Positions 25,425 to 40,313 are shown, counted from the first letter of the stretch. The stretch: DNA of 64,000 bases from Octopus sinensis (GCF_006345805.1 NC_043008.1:13950001-14014000); one strand, 5' to 3'. Translations and numbers: made by a program. The notes: generated from the letters alone by a model not told the origin.

Positions 25425-25572
25425 TGCAGCACGGAATCTTGTCAGTGAACAGGTCGCGGTCTCAATGCGAAGAAAATATTTTGACAAATTTAATTTAAAT
25501 GTTGAAGTGAATCTCATGTGTTTTGTGTGTTTATTAAATGGCTTATAAACACCTTCCACGCTGCAATTGTTT
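25425..25572 (+). mobile_element. Partial copy of the long-TIR MITE family
   Basis: Matches the internal part and right TIR of 45693-45940 and 59789-60055. Confidence 0.75.
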
Positions 25573-26047
25573 ATAATTATATTTATATAGGTATCTATAT
25601 TTGTATTTATATTTATATTTATATATATATATATGAAGAGATACAAGAATTGGCTTAAAGGAGCCAATAGCATGATTTAGGATGTTAAATCTAACCGGAG
25701 ATGTACGGAATAACTTGCTTGACTTCTTTACTGAAAGTTCTACAGAATTTCAGCACACAGATCAAATCATTCGTGGCATTGCTTATGGACTTCATATGAA
25801 GAAACTTTTTTATTATTTGAAACGTACAGTGTCGATTTGTTATATATAGAAAGAAGCTAGTCTTTGCAGGGAGATGAAACCATGGACACTTGATTTTGTC
25901 TATTTGACTTAGTGGCATCTTAAATTGCAATAAGCATAGAATTTGTTGTGTGACAGTTCAAACGTCTCTGTATAACTACTTGTGCTATTTCGGGCCATTG
26001 ATCATTTTCAGTCGAGTCTGTGATCTTTTAATTGTTATACATTTCTT

Positions 26048-26212
26048 AAAGCGGCGAGCTAGCAGAATCGTTTCAGAGCTGCAAAAAACGGTTAGTGGTA
26101 TTTCTAACTTGAAACGCTACCAGGGTCGACTTTGCCAGTTCATCCTTTCGGGGTCGATACAATCGACTTGCACCCTCCCCCAAAATGCTTGCCCTTGTGT
26201 TCAAATTTGAAA
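26048..26212 (+). mobile_element. Decayed family A SINE
   Basis: Head GCGGCGAGCTAGCAGAATCGTT and CATCCTTTCGGGGTCGAT. Confidence 0.7.
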
Positions 26213-27835
26213 CCAGTTTACGTTAATTACTTTCATCCAAAAATATAGTCATATAACTGATCTGCAAGTATGGTAAAACTGAAATATACAACACGTTCAA
26301 ATAAACGAAGTCTCGATATCTATAACACAATGTCATATCACATGTATATGCATATAGATATGAACATCTGTTTTGAGATTATCCACCCGTTTTCCGATTA
26401 CATACATACATACACACGTGTGCTCACACGTATATGCATCTATATCTGTATGCATGTTAGGACACGTGAGTAATGATGTATGTGTAGTGTATGTATGTCT
26501 GTAGGAATGTAATAGTATATGTACATTTCTTTAGTAATGTATGTAATTTTTATGAAAATATTTCCATATTTAGCCACTCCCACGTCACAAATGCATTCAT
26601 TCCTGCATTTTATTAACTGCCGTGAAGGCTCCTCCGAATGCAACGCCCTGGCGAACATCATGTTAAAAGATACGCCCCCTTCTGTGCTTTTCAAACATTC
26701 TTTTCATTTGTACATAATGTCATTCATACAGAGCTTACCTGTAATTTACCACACCCAGATTGCTAAAACAATACATACAACCAGTAAACCCCTGTCCTCT
26801 TGTACTGAACAAGTTACAAGCTATGGATGGTCTGTATTGTCATGTATGCGTAAAGATCTGAAGGACAAAAGGTTTCACGTATGCGTACAAATGCACTTAA
26901 TCCTAAACAGGTGAAGCCTAAACATCCAGCTATGTTTTTTGAATGACATCTCAATTTGTTAAATTCTGTTTCCGATTCATATGTACTTCATATGTCAGTT
27001 AGAGAAATGCCAGATGGAATCCTTCTTCAGATTACAATACAAATCCCATTAAAGAGCTAAAGGAATGTGGCTTAACAGTCTTCAAAATATTCTTTGAAAC
27101 TTTTAGAAGTTACCTACTTGCATTACCTGCATTTTTCAGCAATCAAAACTTCTCTTAACTTTAAAGATCACACAAATGTAATCCTAAAGATTTGACGAAC
27201 TTTGTTCATTCTTTCTTCTTTTTCTTTCTCTTTCTTCTTTTTCTCTCGTCAACATTCGATCTCCAGTCAGTATTCATTTGATAAACTCTAATATATTAAC
27301 ATGCACATTCTACCCAAGGCATTTATAGAAAACGTGCTAGATAGATTCTCGATATGGCCCCCGACACTTTTCGGTATGGATAAAATCCAGTATTAAGCTA
27401 TTAATATTTCATTGTTACTGAAAACCTCATTATCTGAAGGTCTTTTGTGTGTGCGCGCGCTTCTGTGGGTGTATGTACGTGTTTTAGTGCGTGTGCCTGT
27501 GTTTCGGTGTGTGTGTGTACATAGATACGTTGATAAAAAGAAAATAGAGAATGCATGTGGATAATTCACATAAGGTATGGAATTAAGTGCTATGTTTATT
27601 TCTTTTCCTTTATGTAACTCGTTAACATCTGGTGTCTTACTAATTTGAGAAAACGGATTTCGTGGTAAGACGGCTTGATGGCTATTTTTAGCAAAAAGAG
27701 ATCAACATAGAGGTATCTCCTATTGTTTATATTTAAATGTCTTCGGACATTTTTAAGTATCTGACCACTAGTTGAAACTGATGTTATTTAATAATATTAT
27801 TTAATAATATTAATTTTACTCTTAGTATATATATA

Positions 27836-28261
27836 GGTGCAGGAGTGGCTGTGTGGTAAGTAGCTTGTTTACCAACCACATGGTTCCGGGTTCAGTCCCA
27901 CTGCGTCGCACCTTTGGCAAGTGTCTTTTACTATAGCCTCGGGCCGACCAAAGCCTTGTGAGTGGATTTTGTAGACGGAAACTGAAAGAAGCCCGTCGTA
28001 TATATGTATGTATATATATAGATATATATATGCGTGAGTGTGTTTGTGTGTCTGTGTTTGTTCCCCTAGCATTGCTTGACAACCGATGCTGGTGTGTTTA
28101 TGTCCACGTTACTTAGCGGTTCGGCAAAAGAGACCGATAGAATAAGTACTGGGCTTACAAAAGAATAGGCTCCGGGGTCGAGTTGCTCGATTAAAGGCTT
28201 TGCTCCAGCATGGCCGCAGTCAAATGACTGAAACAAGTAAATGAGTAAAGAGTAAAAGAGT
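27836..28261 (+). mobile_element. Family B SINE, full length
   Basis: Close match to the 24235 copy. Confidence 0.93.
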
Positions 28262-29264
28262 ATATATATATATATACAAAATGTAGAGGACTGACCATTA
28301 AAAGTGGACAGCCTATAATGCTAAACATCTCAACTTCTTGCTTTAAATTTCCTTTCGCGGTCTTAACATGAGTATATTTCTATCTTTTGACGCACCTGAG
28401 GCTTTTTAAATTTTCTTTTCACTTTGTCTCTCCTTTTGTCTCCTTTCATTATAACCTATTTATGTGTCCCCTTTACAGCTATCTATTCCCCAATTACACA
28501 CGTACTGCTTCCGTTTACGCCACTTTTATTTCATTTCATTTACAGCTTGTTTAGCGCGAACACCTATGTTGCTTTCCTCCGTTACCTAATCATGGAATTT
28601 TTCAGCGTTTAACACACATTTTTTAACGTGTCACATCTCAACCTGTTTTATGATTATAATCGTAATCCGCTGATGAATTATGAACTAGCCACATACTCTA
28701 ATAATTGTTGATGTCCCTGTGGTTTGCAGTTTCGTCTGGGACGCCGAAACCGTCATAAAATTTCGGTATAATTCAATGTTCAGCCACTGATTTAATTGTA
28801 TGGTTCGTCTTGAATTTTAATCAATTAACGGCAAGAATGTCCGTCCAGTACTTTACTAATTATGGAATATGATCAGTTATCATGATTCCATAAAATTATG
28901 TTCTGAAATTATTCCAAACCCAATAAATCTCAATTAATTCTAAAATTTCAAAAATGCCATTAGTGATTTTTTATAGTCTACATATCTTTGTTGACAGCAG
29001 ACATTAAATCAATGGCTTTACCTATTTATTTTGTTATGTATAGAGAGAGTCACCATGCCAATATAATTAATACACCCACTGGCTCAATTCTAATAATTTA
29101 TTAAATATGCGATTTTTTTGGTCAAATCTCTTGCGTTGCTTTTTGCAACCTTCTCAATGACTATCGACCCAGTCCGATACAGAGGGTGCATTTGATTCAC
29201 TCTTTGAGATGTTATGGCAAGTGTGTATGTGTGCATGCTAGTGGGCGCGCGTGCTTGTGTATGT

Positions 29265-30010
29265 AGGTATGTATGTATGTATGTACGTACGTATGCATGT
29301 GTGTGTGTATATATGTTGTATGTATTTATGTATGTATGTCATTATTCAGTTGTATTTCAATATTTCTAACCAACAGAGAAAGAGCCGGTTTCTAGCCTAG
29401 ATCCAAGGCTCCTTCATTGGAATTTCAACATCAACAACGGGGTATTTTTGTATGTACTTAATATGTGCGGATTTGTATGTTTTGTTTTATGTATGTCTTC
29501 TCATGCATACACTTTCATAACTGGACATGCTCGTATGTATGTATGTATGTATGTATGTATGTATGTATGTATGTATGTATGTATGTATGTATGTATGCAT
29601 GTATGTATTTATGTATTTATGTATGTATGTATGTATGTATGTATGTATGTATGTATGTATGTATGTGTGTGTGTATGTATGTATGTATGTATGTATGTAT
29701 GTATGTGTGTATGTGTGTGTATGTATGTATGTATGTATGTATTCACGTATGTATGTATGTATGTATTTATGTATGTATGTATGTATGTATGTGTGTGTGT
29801 ATGTATGTATGTATTATGTATGTGTGTATGTGTGTATTCTGCGTATTCATGTGTTTTGTGTGTGTGCGTGCTTGTGTGTGTGTGTAATACTGTCCTTCTG
29901 TGTGCGTGTTTGAGTGTGTCTATGCGTATAAGCTTCTGTGAGTATGCACGTGTGCCTGTTGAGTGTGTGTGTGTATGTGTGTGTGTGTGGATTGTATGCG
30001 TATATATGAT
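29265..30010. repeat. (GTAT)n/(GT)n array containing a unique island at 29340-29448
   Basis: Direct reading of the sequence. Confidence 0.9.
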
Positions 30011-30317
30011 CAGGTGTTTCTTTCTCCTTATGCGTGTGTTCTTAGATACTCATTTGCGGGTGCATATATAAACTATGCACATATATGGAATTGTTCATAA
30101 AATACATCTGACAACATTTACACATTTTACTCCTTCCCATAATTTCTGATATTTAAAAAAATCTCCGTTACACCTGAATATTTAATCCAAATGTCATTCG
30201 TTCAAATAATACAAGATGGAGGACTCACTTTCTACAACTATCATGAATTATTGATTTCTATTTTAAAATTTTTATTTTTTATTTTTGTCTCAGTTATTTG
30301 ACTGAGGACTTACTGGA

Positions 30318-30460
30318 ACACCGCCTTAGTACTTAGTGCACACTAGTACTTATTCTAGCGGTATCTTTTGCCGAACTGCCATGTTACGGGGAACATAAAC
30401 ACACCAGCATCGGTTACCAAGCGATGGCGGGGGCACAAACACATTCCCACACACACACAT
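30318..30460 (-). mobile_element. Family B SINE 3' tail fragment
   Basis: Reverse complement of GATGCTGGTGTGTTTA...CGGCAAAAGA...AAGTACT...GGCGGTG. Confidence 0.7.
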
Positions 30461-30838
30461 ACATACATACATACATATATACACACATACATACATACAT
30501 ACATACGTACATACATACATACATACATACATACATACATACATACATACATACATACATACATACATACATACATACATAAGGAGAATGAAGAATTTTA
30601 ACATTCAGAATTTATGCTTATTTCCAGTTAGTTTATTCAAAATAATTGCCCGATACCTGTTTCGATTCCACTAACTATTATTTTGAATAAACCGGAAATA
30701 ATCTTTAAGTTTGAATGCCCAAAGTCTTCATTCACTTGATTATCAATAATGTACTTTACACTCTAAGTAGCGAAGATATAAACTGTAACATCCAATGGGA
30801 GTTAAAGGGAGTTTTGAAAAAAAAACGCATCATCTAAA

Positions 30839-31270
30839 CCAGGGGTGGGGAAACACTTTTTGTGCGTCGGGCAAAAATTTCCAAAGATAAAGGTCCGCGA
30901 ACGGATCACAAGTTTTAACTCTTATATCTGTGTAAATCTTGTATATATCTATGTATAAATCGATATACATTTATAAAGATAATTTTAGCACATTAAGTTA
31001 ACACTTAACATCTTCATTATCGCCGCCACTGAATTTAGGAGGTTTATATTACTTATGAGGTATTCTTTATTTTTCAGTTACAGTGTAACAGGGTCTCAAG
31101 GGGGCGGTACAAACCTAACAACATGTGTTTTGTAGTGAAGACAAAGATTCCATTGAAATGGCAATCACCGGACGATTTTCTGTTTGAGTCTAACCGTTTA
31201 AGTCGTAGTGGAAATGCGACTTACGCAATTGCACCCGCCAGCCCATTTTATTGCACCCGCAGGCTGGTAA
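30839..31270 (+). mobile_element. Possible decayed hAT-type non-autonomous element
   Basis: Begins CAGGGGTGGGGAAAC, like Charlie-type ends. The right end (TTGCACCCGC) is poorly conserved. Confidence 0.3.
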
Positions 31271-31377
31271 ACTCGTATGTACAGAATATACCCTTCATCT
31301 AAAGAGGAGTCAGCCTTGGCTTTTACATACAGAAATTCGGTATCTGACTGGATATTATATTCTTTTTCTTACTATAT

Positions 31378-31530
31378 ATATACGACAGGCTTTTTTCAGT
31401 TTCCGTCTACCAAATCCACTTTGGTCGCTCCCAATCTAAAGTAGAAAACCCTTTTCCAAGGTACCACACACTGCACTGAACCCAGAATCATGCTGGGGAG
31501 CAAGCTTCGTACTACACAGTCACGGCTGCG
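31378..31530 (-). mobile_element. Decayed family B SINE, 5' part
   Basis: TTTCAGTTTCCGTCTACCAAATCCACT is the reverse complement of the family B core. Confidence 0.75.
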
Positions 31531-32284
31531 TTCCTATGATTAAAATTAAAGCTTTGTTCTAAAAGAAAAATAAATCCTAACATATATTTATTCTATAATC
31601 ATAAAGTACGTTCCGTGGGATATATTAATTAACTTGGTAGAGGTTATAAAACGCCCATCCATTCTTGCGTACTTGAGGAGTAATAGATTTATTTTTTAGT
31701 TTCGCTTAAGGAATAGACACTTGGTTAAGGCTAGCCACTTTCCACAACAATACATTTTAAAATTTAGTAGTTTCAATCATTGAACTCTGCCCTTGCAAAA
31801 AGAATGCCTATAAATGTATAATCAGTTACATGGCAACCAGTAAACGACTAGTATTTAATTTTATTGACACCGAAAGAATAATAGGTAAATTCCGCGAAGG
31901 TGAGGTATGAATTCGGTGTGAGTAGGGCCGTGCTAAATTACTTTTCGATCTATTGTAGACATCTCTGCTAATTCTATATTCTATTGCTTCGTTAAATCTC
32001 TTCTTTCTATTATCCTAATTCTGAAGACATGTAAATTAATTCTAATGTCACAAATGAATGAAGGAAACCAGGTTTTCTAATTAACACATTTTTACTGTAA
32101 ATGAAGCATAATTACTTTGAACATAGACAGAGCCTATTTCTTCGCGTATGCTCGAAATAGAAATACAGGAGAATTGTTGCTTGAAAAAATAAAAGAATGG
32201 AAATTAAATGTGTAACTGGGAATCGTCGAACAAGTGACTAGATATAAATACATGCATACGCACACAGATATATGTATGTACGTA

Positions 32285-32966
<682 letters not shown>

Positions 32967-33779
32967 ATAAATTTTTCATAATTATCTATTTCTTCTGGCA
33001 TAAACATCTGTCTATAGAAAATGTTCCTTCACAATGACATTAATCAAAAACATTGTGGTTTTGCATCTCAAAACAGAAAAAGAAAAACGATGCGATGTTG
33101 ATGGTGAATTAGAAAAAGGAGACATCAGCGAAATATTATGTTTCGAAATGCAATTTATTTTCTGCTTTAGTTTCAGTATTATGTATCAGTAATTTTATTT
33201 TTAGTTAATTTGAGTAAAGAAGAACGAACGCACTTTGCATCCACAGCGATGCATTAAAATTACTACAACAGAAACAAAAGCCTTGTGTATGAGGTAAAGA
33301 AATTATTGTAATTATATAGGGAACTGTAAGCATCTTCAAGCAAATAGTAGAATAGTTTAAACAGTTCAAATGTACGATAAATCAACATTATAAAACCCTA
33401 ATTTGTTTGAGGATATATCAAGAGTATAGAATCCTAATTTGTATGATGATACGTATCTCTCTAGTTACAATTTCAATTTACATTATAGATATCAAGACCA
33501 TACTGGAAAAATTGATCGAGGTAATAAATTTTTGTCTGAATTTCTTGATTTCACTTTGTAAAAATATTTTCCTGTTCATTTAATTTTTGGTGATAAGATT
33601 ATGGTGTTCTACGTATTTGTCGGCATAGAGTTCCTGGCTTGAAAGACAATAGCAGAATTGTTATCATGACCATATTTATGGCTTATTTTTCGCAGCTATT
33701 AACACAGGGCTGGAGAAGTCAGAGAATCTTAAATGGGGCGACGTGTAGTGTTCGTAACAAGACTGTGATAGCAAGATTG

Positions 33780-34370
33780 ATTTTTCCAAATAGTGCCTGG
33801 TTTTGTATGCAATGTAAAAACATAAATCACGTTTTGGACAAGTAAACATCAGAGAGCGAGAAATACGATGAACTATCAATGCCTTTGTTAATTCAATATG
33901 TGAGGAAATTATCGACATGCTTTACGTGGTGGCAGTCAATTAGAGGAACATTTATTCTTCCGATCGAGAAGACAAATCTATGGTCTTTCGAAACAACTGG
34001 ATCCCCAGCCCAATGGTTTAAGATTACAAAGTGGATATTTTCTAATGCTATTGCTAAACTGTAATAAAGCTAATGAGCTCAGCCTTACAATAGAACAAGT
34101 ATGTGAGTAATCCATTTATATAAATACATGATTTAGACTGACATTGTCACAGGTGATCATTACGAACAATATGTCATATTGCGAAGAATTAAATTGACAC
34201 CTTCTGACATTAATCTTCCATTCAACCTTAAATGATTACAGTTACCACATCCAATGGAGTTCAAAATGGCAGCCAATAAATCTTAATGCCATGCTTTTAG
34301 TAAAGTGGCTCACCTCGTCCTAACTTATCTACTTGTGTATTAACAATTGTATGTAGCTATCACAGGAACT
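33780..34370 (+). mobile_element. Decayed Helitron Pif1-like helicase C-terminal fragment
   Basis: Across stops and frameshifts: LRLQSGYFLMLLLNCN...YNRTSM*V..TDIVTGDHYEQYVILRRIKLTPSDINLPFNLK*LQLP..FKMAANKS*CHAFSKV...QLYVAI. This matches the canonical IPRIxLxPSDxxLPFxLxRRQFPVRLAFAMTINKSQGQT...GQLYVALSR. Confidence 0.8.
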
Positions 34371-35031
34371 GTGTAGGATGCTACATGCGTAGGAATAATT
34401 TCAGAATGTACAGGAACACTCTGTAAAGTGAAGTGTTTTCGCCTTAAAACATTATTGTTAACTTTTATATAACCGAATGGTTGATGCAGAGTAAAAGAAA
34501 ACGACAATATATGTGTGTGTATGTACGTGTGATTGAGTGTTCGTCTGGATGAGCTTGTATCGTCTCACGAGAAAAAATACAGCAAGTATAAAAAATGTCT
34601 TCACCATGTTTAGATCACATTTCCATTTATCTGGGAAATATTGCAACTCAAATAAGTGGCACACACAAGGTAACTTATATGTTATTTATTAGCACCACAA
34701 ACTGGGCGAAGAGAGAGTAAATTCGTTACACAGAAATCTGGTCTTCAATACATTCATACCCGAAGTCACCATTCCTCACTGTGTTACTGTAAATATTTTC
34801 GAGTTATTTATGTGCTAAAATACTTCACGATCTATAGCTGTTATAGTCGAAACATACCAAAGAATATATTACAATAAGTTATATTCCACTTCACAGCTAA
34901 TTGAGTTGGGGCAAGGATCTGCAAGTGAAAGGTGGAAAAAAGATGCTTGTACTGAGGAATCGATGGATTAAGTTGTCTGCTATTAGTGAGAGAGAATGGC
35001 AGGGGAAAAAGATATCAAAAACGCAGATGAC

Positions 35032-35073
<42 letters not shown>

Positions 35074-35968
35074 AGTGATGATAATGACGTTGGCATCGTC
35101 GCAGTCGTGGTCATTATTTAGCGAATTACTGGCTATAATACTATCAGTCGTCCATTTCCTCCACATTGCAACAATTGATATTGTAAGATAAGATTTGTAT
35201 TCTGACTAATGACAATTGCAGGAATTTAGGTTTTGCAAAATTGAATAGTTATTTCAATAAATTTATCTAAAATAACTCCATTTAGCTGAGAAGATAACAT
35301 GTTGAATTGAACACTACGTGCCTTGTAATAATATTATTGCAAATTATTTCTCCATACGAGTGTACAATAAACAGCTTGAACATCCTGGGTAGAAATAAGC
35401 ATAAATAGAAATATGTCGAAAATTCGCTCTTAAAAAATATCCGTAAAAATGACATCCGAGAATAAATTTTCATCGAATTCTGTCAGGCACTTTTTTTTTT
35501 TTTTGGTGTGCCTCATAGTAAAGATTGTATTTTATCACAGCTTATTCAGCTTAATGCAACGAACATAGTGACAGGTGCCAAAGCATTTGAAATATGACAA
35601 TATTACGTTTAAAGTTTAATTAATTTACCTTCTATCAGGTAGTAATTCATTTTCCGTTCTTTTTTTTTTTTTCTAGTTTATCACTCTAATAAATTACTTC
35701 ATTTTGAGTCCAACGTTCATTTTTTGGTAACAGAAATAATTAATTAAAAATTCTCCACTACTGATTATTTTTATCACTGATAAAGTAAAATTTCGATGTC
35801 TAAATGCAACTATCTCTTGCGTACAAATAATTTATATATTTTGCACAAACACACACACGTACACGCGCGCACATGCACTTGCATACACAGACATACACAC
35901 ACACACAAACATATAGGTATGCATATGCTGTACTACGTATATGCATATCATATAGTCGTTTATACATG

Positions 35969-36001
<33 letters not shown>

Positions 36002-36142
36002 GCATATTCATGCGCATATATGTATGTGTGTGTGTGTGGGTGTGTGTGTGCGTGTGACGATGATCGTACCACTCACACAGGAACTTGGTGTCATGAATGT
36101 ACTTCTCCATATCGGTACATTTCAATATCCATACACATTCGT

Positions 36143-36178
<36 letters not shown>

Positions 36179-36295
36179 TTACATACATGCATGCATACAT
36201 ACGTACGTACGTAGGTACGTACATACATACATACATACATACATACATACATACATACATACATACATACATACATACATACATGCATATTTACG

Positions 36296-36351
<56 letters not shown>

Positions 36352-36595
36352 GAGAGTACGCCCATTCATTGTGAATTTTCCGCTCGCTTCTTTGTCGAGC
36401 CTGTTTAGTATTTGAAATGTATATATGTAATGTATGCGTTTAAGTATCTGTATATAGTGTTCGTATATTTGTAACACTAATTAAAACTTTACTGAAACCC
36501 TTATTCACAACAGAATATTGGAATTTACAGTTACTTGTATCAACGCTAATTTCTCTTTTATATATATTTGACTGTTTGTGCATGTGTATAATTAT

Positions 36596-36960
36596 ACGCC
36601 TTTCTATATGCTTTCATTGAAATCAATATATTAGTCTTACATTTTCAATGTTCCCCTTATTTATCTCTCGCCAAACTTCTTGCTGCGATTTTGAACCATG
36701 TCACAAAATCCCATTTACATTGTATTACAAATGTTTCCCTACAAAATTCTAAAGATTTATATGAATTCAAAATATTTAAAATAATGTTTCCGAAAACATC
36801 TTTAACGTTTCCTCTTTGATACCAATCCTTCGGTGATTTGTAATAATTCAATAGAATTATTCCTTTTACTTGTATACATATTCAATTCTTTCGCAGATTT
36901 CACATTAGTATTCATAGATCTTGTTTCATTTTGTATCAACAAACCACCCCCGGCACTTTA
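36596..36960 (+). mobile_element. Possible highly decayed Penelope-like RT fragment
   Basis: TPFYMLSLK..NVPL / SPYLSLAKLLAAILN...NSKDL...SFGDL**FNRIIP / LVSFCINK. The order resembles PLE RT motifs PRFYxLPKIHK, SPxYxLAKxLxxIL, NSxDF and SFDVxSLFTNIP. Confidence 0.4.
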
Positions 36961-37586
36961 AAATTATGTTAACATGATCGATTCGCGTACAATTCGATTA
37001 TATATAATTTTCCAATCATATACACATCTACATCAGAATCAGATGCATTCCTTTCAGCATTTAAGTTAAATTAGGTCATATATATCAATCATACTTCTTT
37101 TCTTACTACCACTACAACAACTCTTTCATAGCAGCAACTGTTTAATTTCTAAGATTGTAGAAACATTACTGAATAGAATCGTACTTTATCATTTTAGAAA
37201 ACAATACCGTTGAGTTAATTACAATGATACAAGACGTTGGTGCAACAATACGCAGTGAACTGTCCTCAATTTGATCAGAGTAAAAATTCAACAAAATAAA
37301 ACAAGACAAATGTGATAATATACAGTGAAAATAAATTCAAATACGAGTGAAATCAAACCTAACATGTGCATAGACTCTTCTTAGAACTCTAATTAAAGAA
37401 TTGTTTGCAGTATTTATTTGTGATAGAATAGCACAAAACAAAAGAAAATATGAAATTTACTATCCTTTGAAGGAAAATACAATTTTCAAACTGTATTGCA
37501 TAAAGTATTTTCATAAAGTTAGTATAGAGTGGAAAGTATATAATTACATGCATATATTCATGTGTGTTCATGAATATATTCATGAA

Positions 37587-37815
37587 GGCGGCGAGCTGGC
37601 AGAGACGTTAGCACGCCGGGCGAAGTGCTTCGCGGTATTTCGCTCGTCGCTACGTTCTGAGTTCAAATTCCGCCGAGGTCGACTTTGCCTTTCATCCTTT
37701 CGGGGTCGATAAATTAAGTACCAGTTACGCACTGGGGCCGATGTAATCGACTTAATCCGTTTGTCTGTCCTTGTTTGTCCCCTCTATGTTTAGCCCCTTG
37801 TGGGTAGTAAAGAAA
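37587..37815 (+). mobile_element. Family A SINE, full length, with an 18-bp flanking direct repeat
   Basis: CATATATTCATGTGTGTT at 37551-37568 and 37816-37833. Confidence 0.93.
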
Positions 37816-37962
37816 CATATATTCATGTGTGTTGAGTGTATATGTCTATGTATATGTCTATGTATATATGCGTATATGTGTACACATACACACATATAGA
37901 AAGAAAGATTTATAGAAAAGGAGATAGATACTCATTCGGATATACATGCATACATACATACA

Positions 37963-37998
<36 letters not shown>

Positions 37999-38012
37999 TA
38001 TATAATATATAT

Positions 38013-38053
<41 letters not shown>

Positions 38054-38199
38054 CAGATAGATAGATATATACATACATACATACATACATATATACATAC
38101 ATACATGCATACATATATATATACACACACACACATTAGATATGTTTATCATCATGGTTGTTTTACGTTTCCTTTCCGTGCTGTTAAGGTTTGATCATA

Positions 38200-38495
38200 C
38201 GTAATTATATGGAAGAGGTACTCTCCCATCGAAGGTGACACATGTGCGTTCAGCCTTTGCCGAACGACCTGCACAATTGATTTGTTTATAGTGATCAAAT
38301 GTCTGTGGCGCACATTAGCTCACTCCGTCTATCAAATTGAAGTTGCCTGAACAGAAGCACGGTGTGTCACGCATCAGTTGGCGGACTGAAGGCAGGGATG
38401 AAGTGTTTTTATGAAAAACACAACGCACCATCCATTCTAGGAACTGAAAGAGATGGTAAGGGAAACACCCTAACCACTGCACCATCCACCCACAT
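38200..38495 (-). mobile_element. Decayed tRNA-headed SINE, family D
   Basis: Head GTGGGTGGATGGTGCAGTGGTTAGGGTG; distinct body containing GATCACTATAAACAAATC. Single copy here; recognised as a repeat from memory. Confidence 0.55.
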
Positions 38496-38537
38496 GTTGA
38501 CTATTGTGTATGTATATATATATATAGTATATATATA

Positions 38538-38587
<50 letters not shown>

Positions 38588-38627
38588 CATCTTCCTAGCT
38601 CTATTGTCTAACTACCTTTGTCCAGCC

Positions 38628-38824
38628 AGTCGCCATGATTGACCGCTAACTCAAAAAGATTTTATTAATTCTCTTCATGTTTAATCCCCCGCATTCCTTG
38701 CTGTTTAAGAGCGTAGGATCGAAGTGTAAAATGGTTTCTCACATTCCCGACCGTCAAACTAAAACACCTGCGTGTTGTTTATACACCTGTCTTCGTCTTT
38801 CGTTTTTCTGTAAATTTCAACTAT
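38628..38824 (+). mobile_element. Second, more decayed copy of the 8984-9190 element
   Basis: Shares AGTCGCC..CATGAT, CTGT..AAGAGCGTAGG.TCGAA and CACCTGTCTTCGTCTTT. Confidence 0.65.
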
Positions 38825-38866
38825 TTATGTGTGTGTGTGTATATATATATATATTATATATATATA

Positions 38867-38898
<32 letters not shown>

Positions 38899-38999
38899 GA
38901 TATAACAAGGACACACTTAATTTCATTCAGAGAAAAAGTTCGCGATAACCATCATGCCCACTACATAGAACGTTGGTATTTGTCTCCATCATGGTGGAG

Positions 39000-39045
<46 letters not shown>

Positions 39046-39744
39046 ATGATTGCCTTTTTTCTACTTAGGCATGAACTGTGATAGTTTTCATCCTATTACA
39101 AACTTCTTATTGTACTTAGGGCAATTATTTTTATAAGTATATTTTTCATGCGTTAATAGTCGTAAGCTTTGACAACGTAAGCACGTGTAACGTAGTATAC
39201 ATGTTATATGTTATGTGTTATATATTATATGTTACCGTATGTTGTAAGTATATATATATATATATATCTATATATATATATATATATATATATGATGCAT
39301 TTATAATGAGAGTGAGATATCATAATGTATAGGATATAATTTATGTGAAGTATCAAGTATAAGGAATTAAATCTCTGAGATAATTGAAGATAAACAATAT
39401 CGAACCTTCTGGGGCATAAGTAAATATGTTTTGAACAATGAATTGGACAATTTGTTGATGTTGTAACGGACTATTTTGCTACAAGTATTACGGAAAACCT
39501 TAATCACTTTGTGTAGAACAGTTATATTAGAATGTAGTAATAAAGATATTCGCCAAACAAAATTCATACGCAAATTCACAGACACAGCCATACAGCATTC
39601 AGGCACACGGTCATAAACATACATATCCATACACTCTACATACACACTCATATACATATATGCCCGTACAGTATATATATACGCCTATACACAGGCACAC
39701 ACAAACTCACACAAGCATACACATAGCAAGCTAGCTAGGAGGGT

Positions 39745-39771
39745 ATATAGATAGATAGATAGATAGGTAGG

Positions 39772-39817
<46 letters not shown>

Positions 39818-39917
39818 CATAGATACATAGATAGATAGATAGATACATAGATACATAGATAGATAGATAGATACATAGATACATAGATAGATACATAGAT
39901 AGATAGATAGATAGATG

Positions 39918-39974
<57 letters not shown>

Positions 39975-40206
39975 GTAGGTAGGTAGGTCGATATATAGAT
40001 AGATACATACATACATACATGCATGCATACATACATAACATACATACATACATGCGTACACACATACATATATTCTTACATATACACATACATACGCACA
40101 AATACATACAAACATACATACATACGTGCGTACACAAATACATACATACATCGATGGATAGATAGATTGATAGATAGATAGATGATAGATAGATAGAAGA
40201 TAGATC

Positions 40207-40240
<34 letters not shown>

Positions 40241-40250
40241 CAGATAGATA

Positions 40251-40291
<41 letters not shown>

Positions 40292-40313
40292 AGATATATA
40301 GATGATAGATAGA
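39745..40313. repeat. (TAGA)n-(TACA)n-(TAGA)n array abutting the Tx1 3' end
   Basis: Direct reading of the sequence. Confidence 0.95.

Noticed and set aside
26737-26772. Minus-strand micro-exon candidate with a strong CAG/GTAAGC donor
   Set aside because: Isolated splice-like signals are expected by chance in 64 kb.
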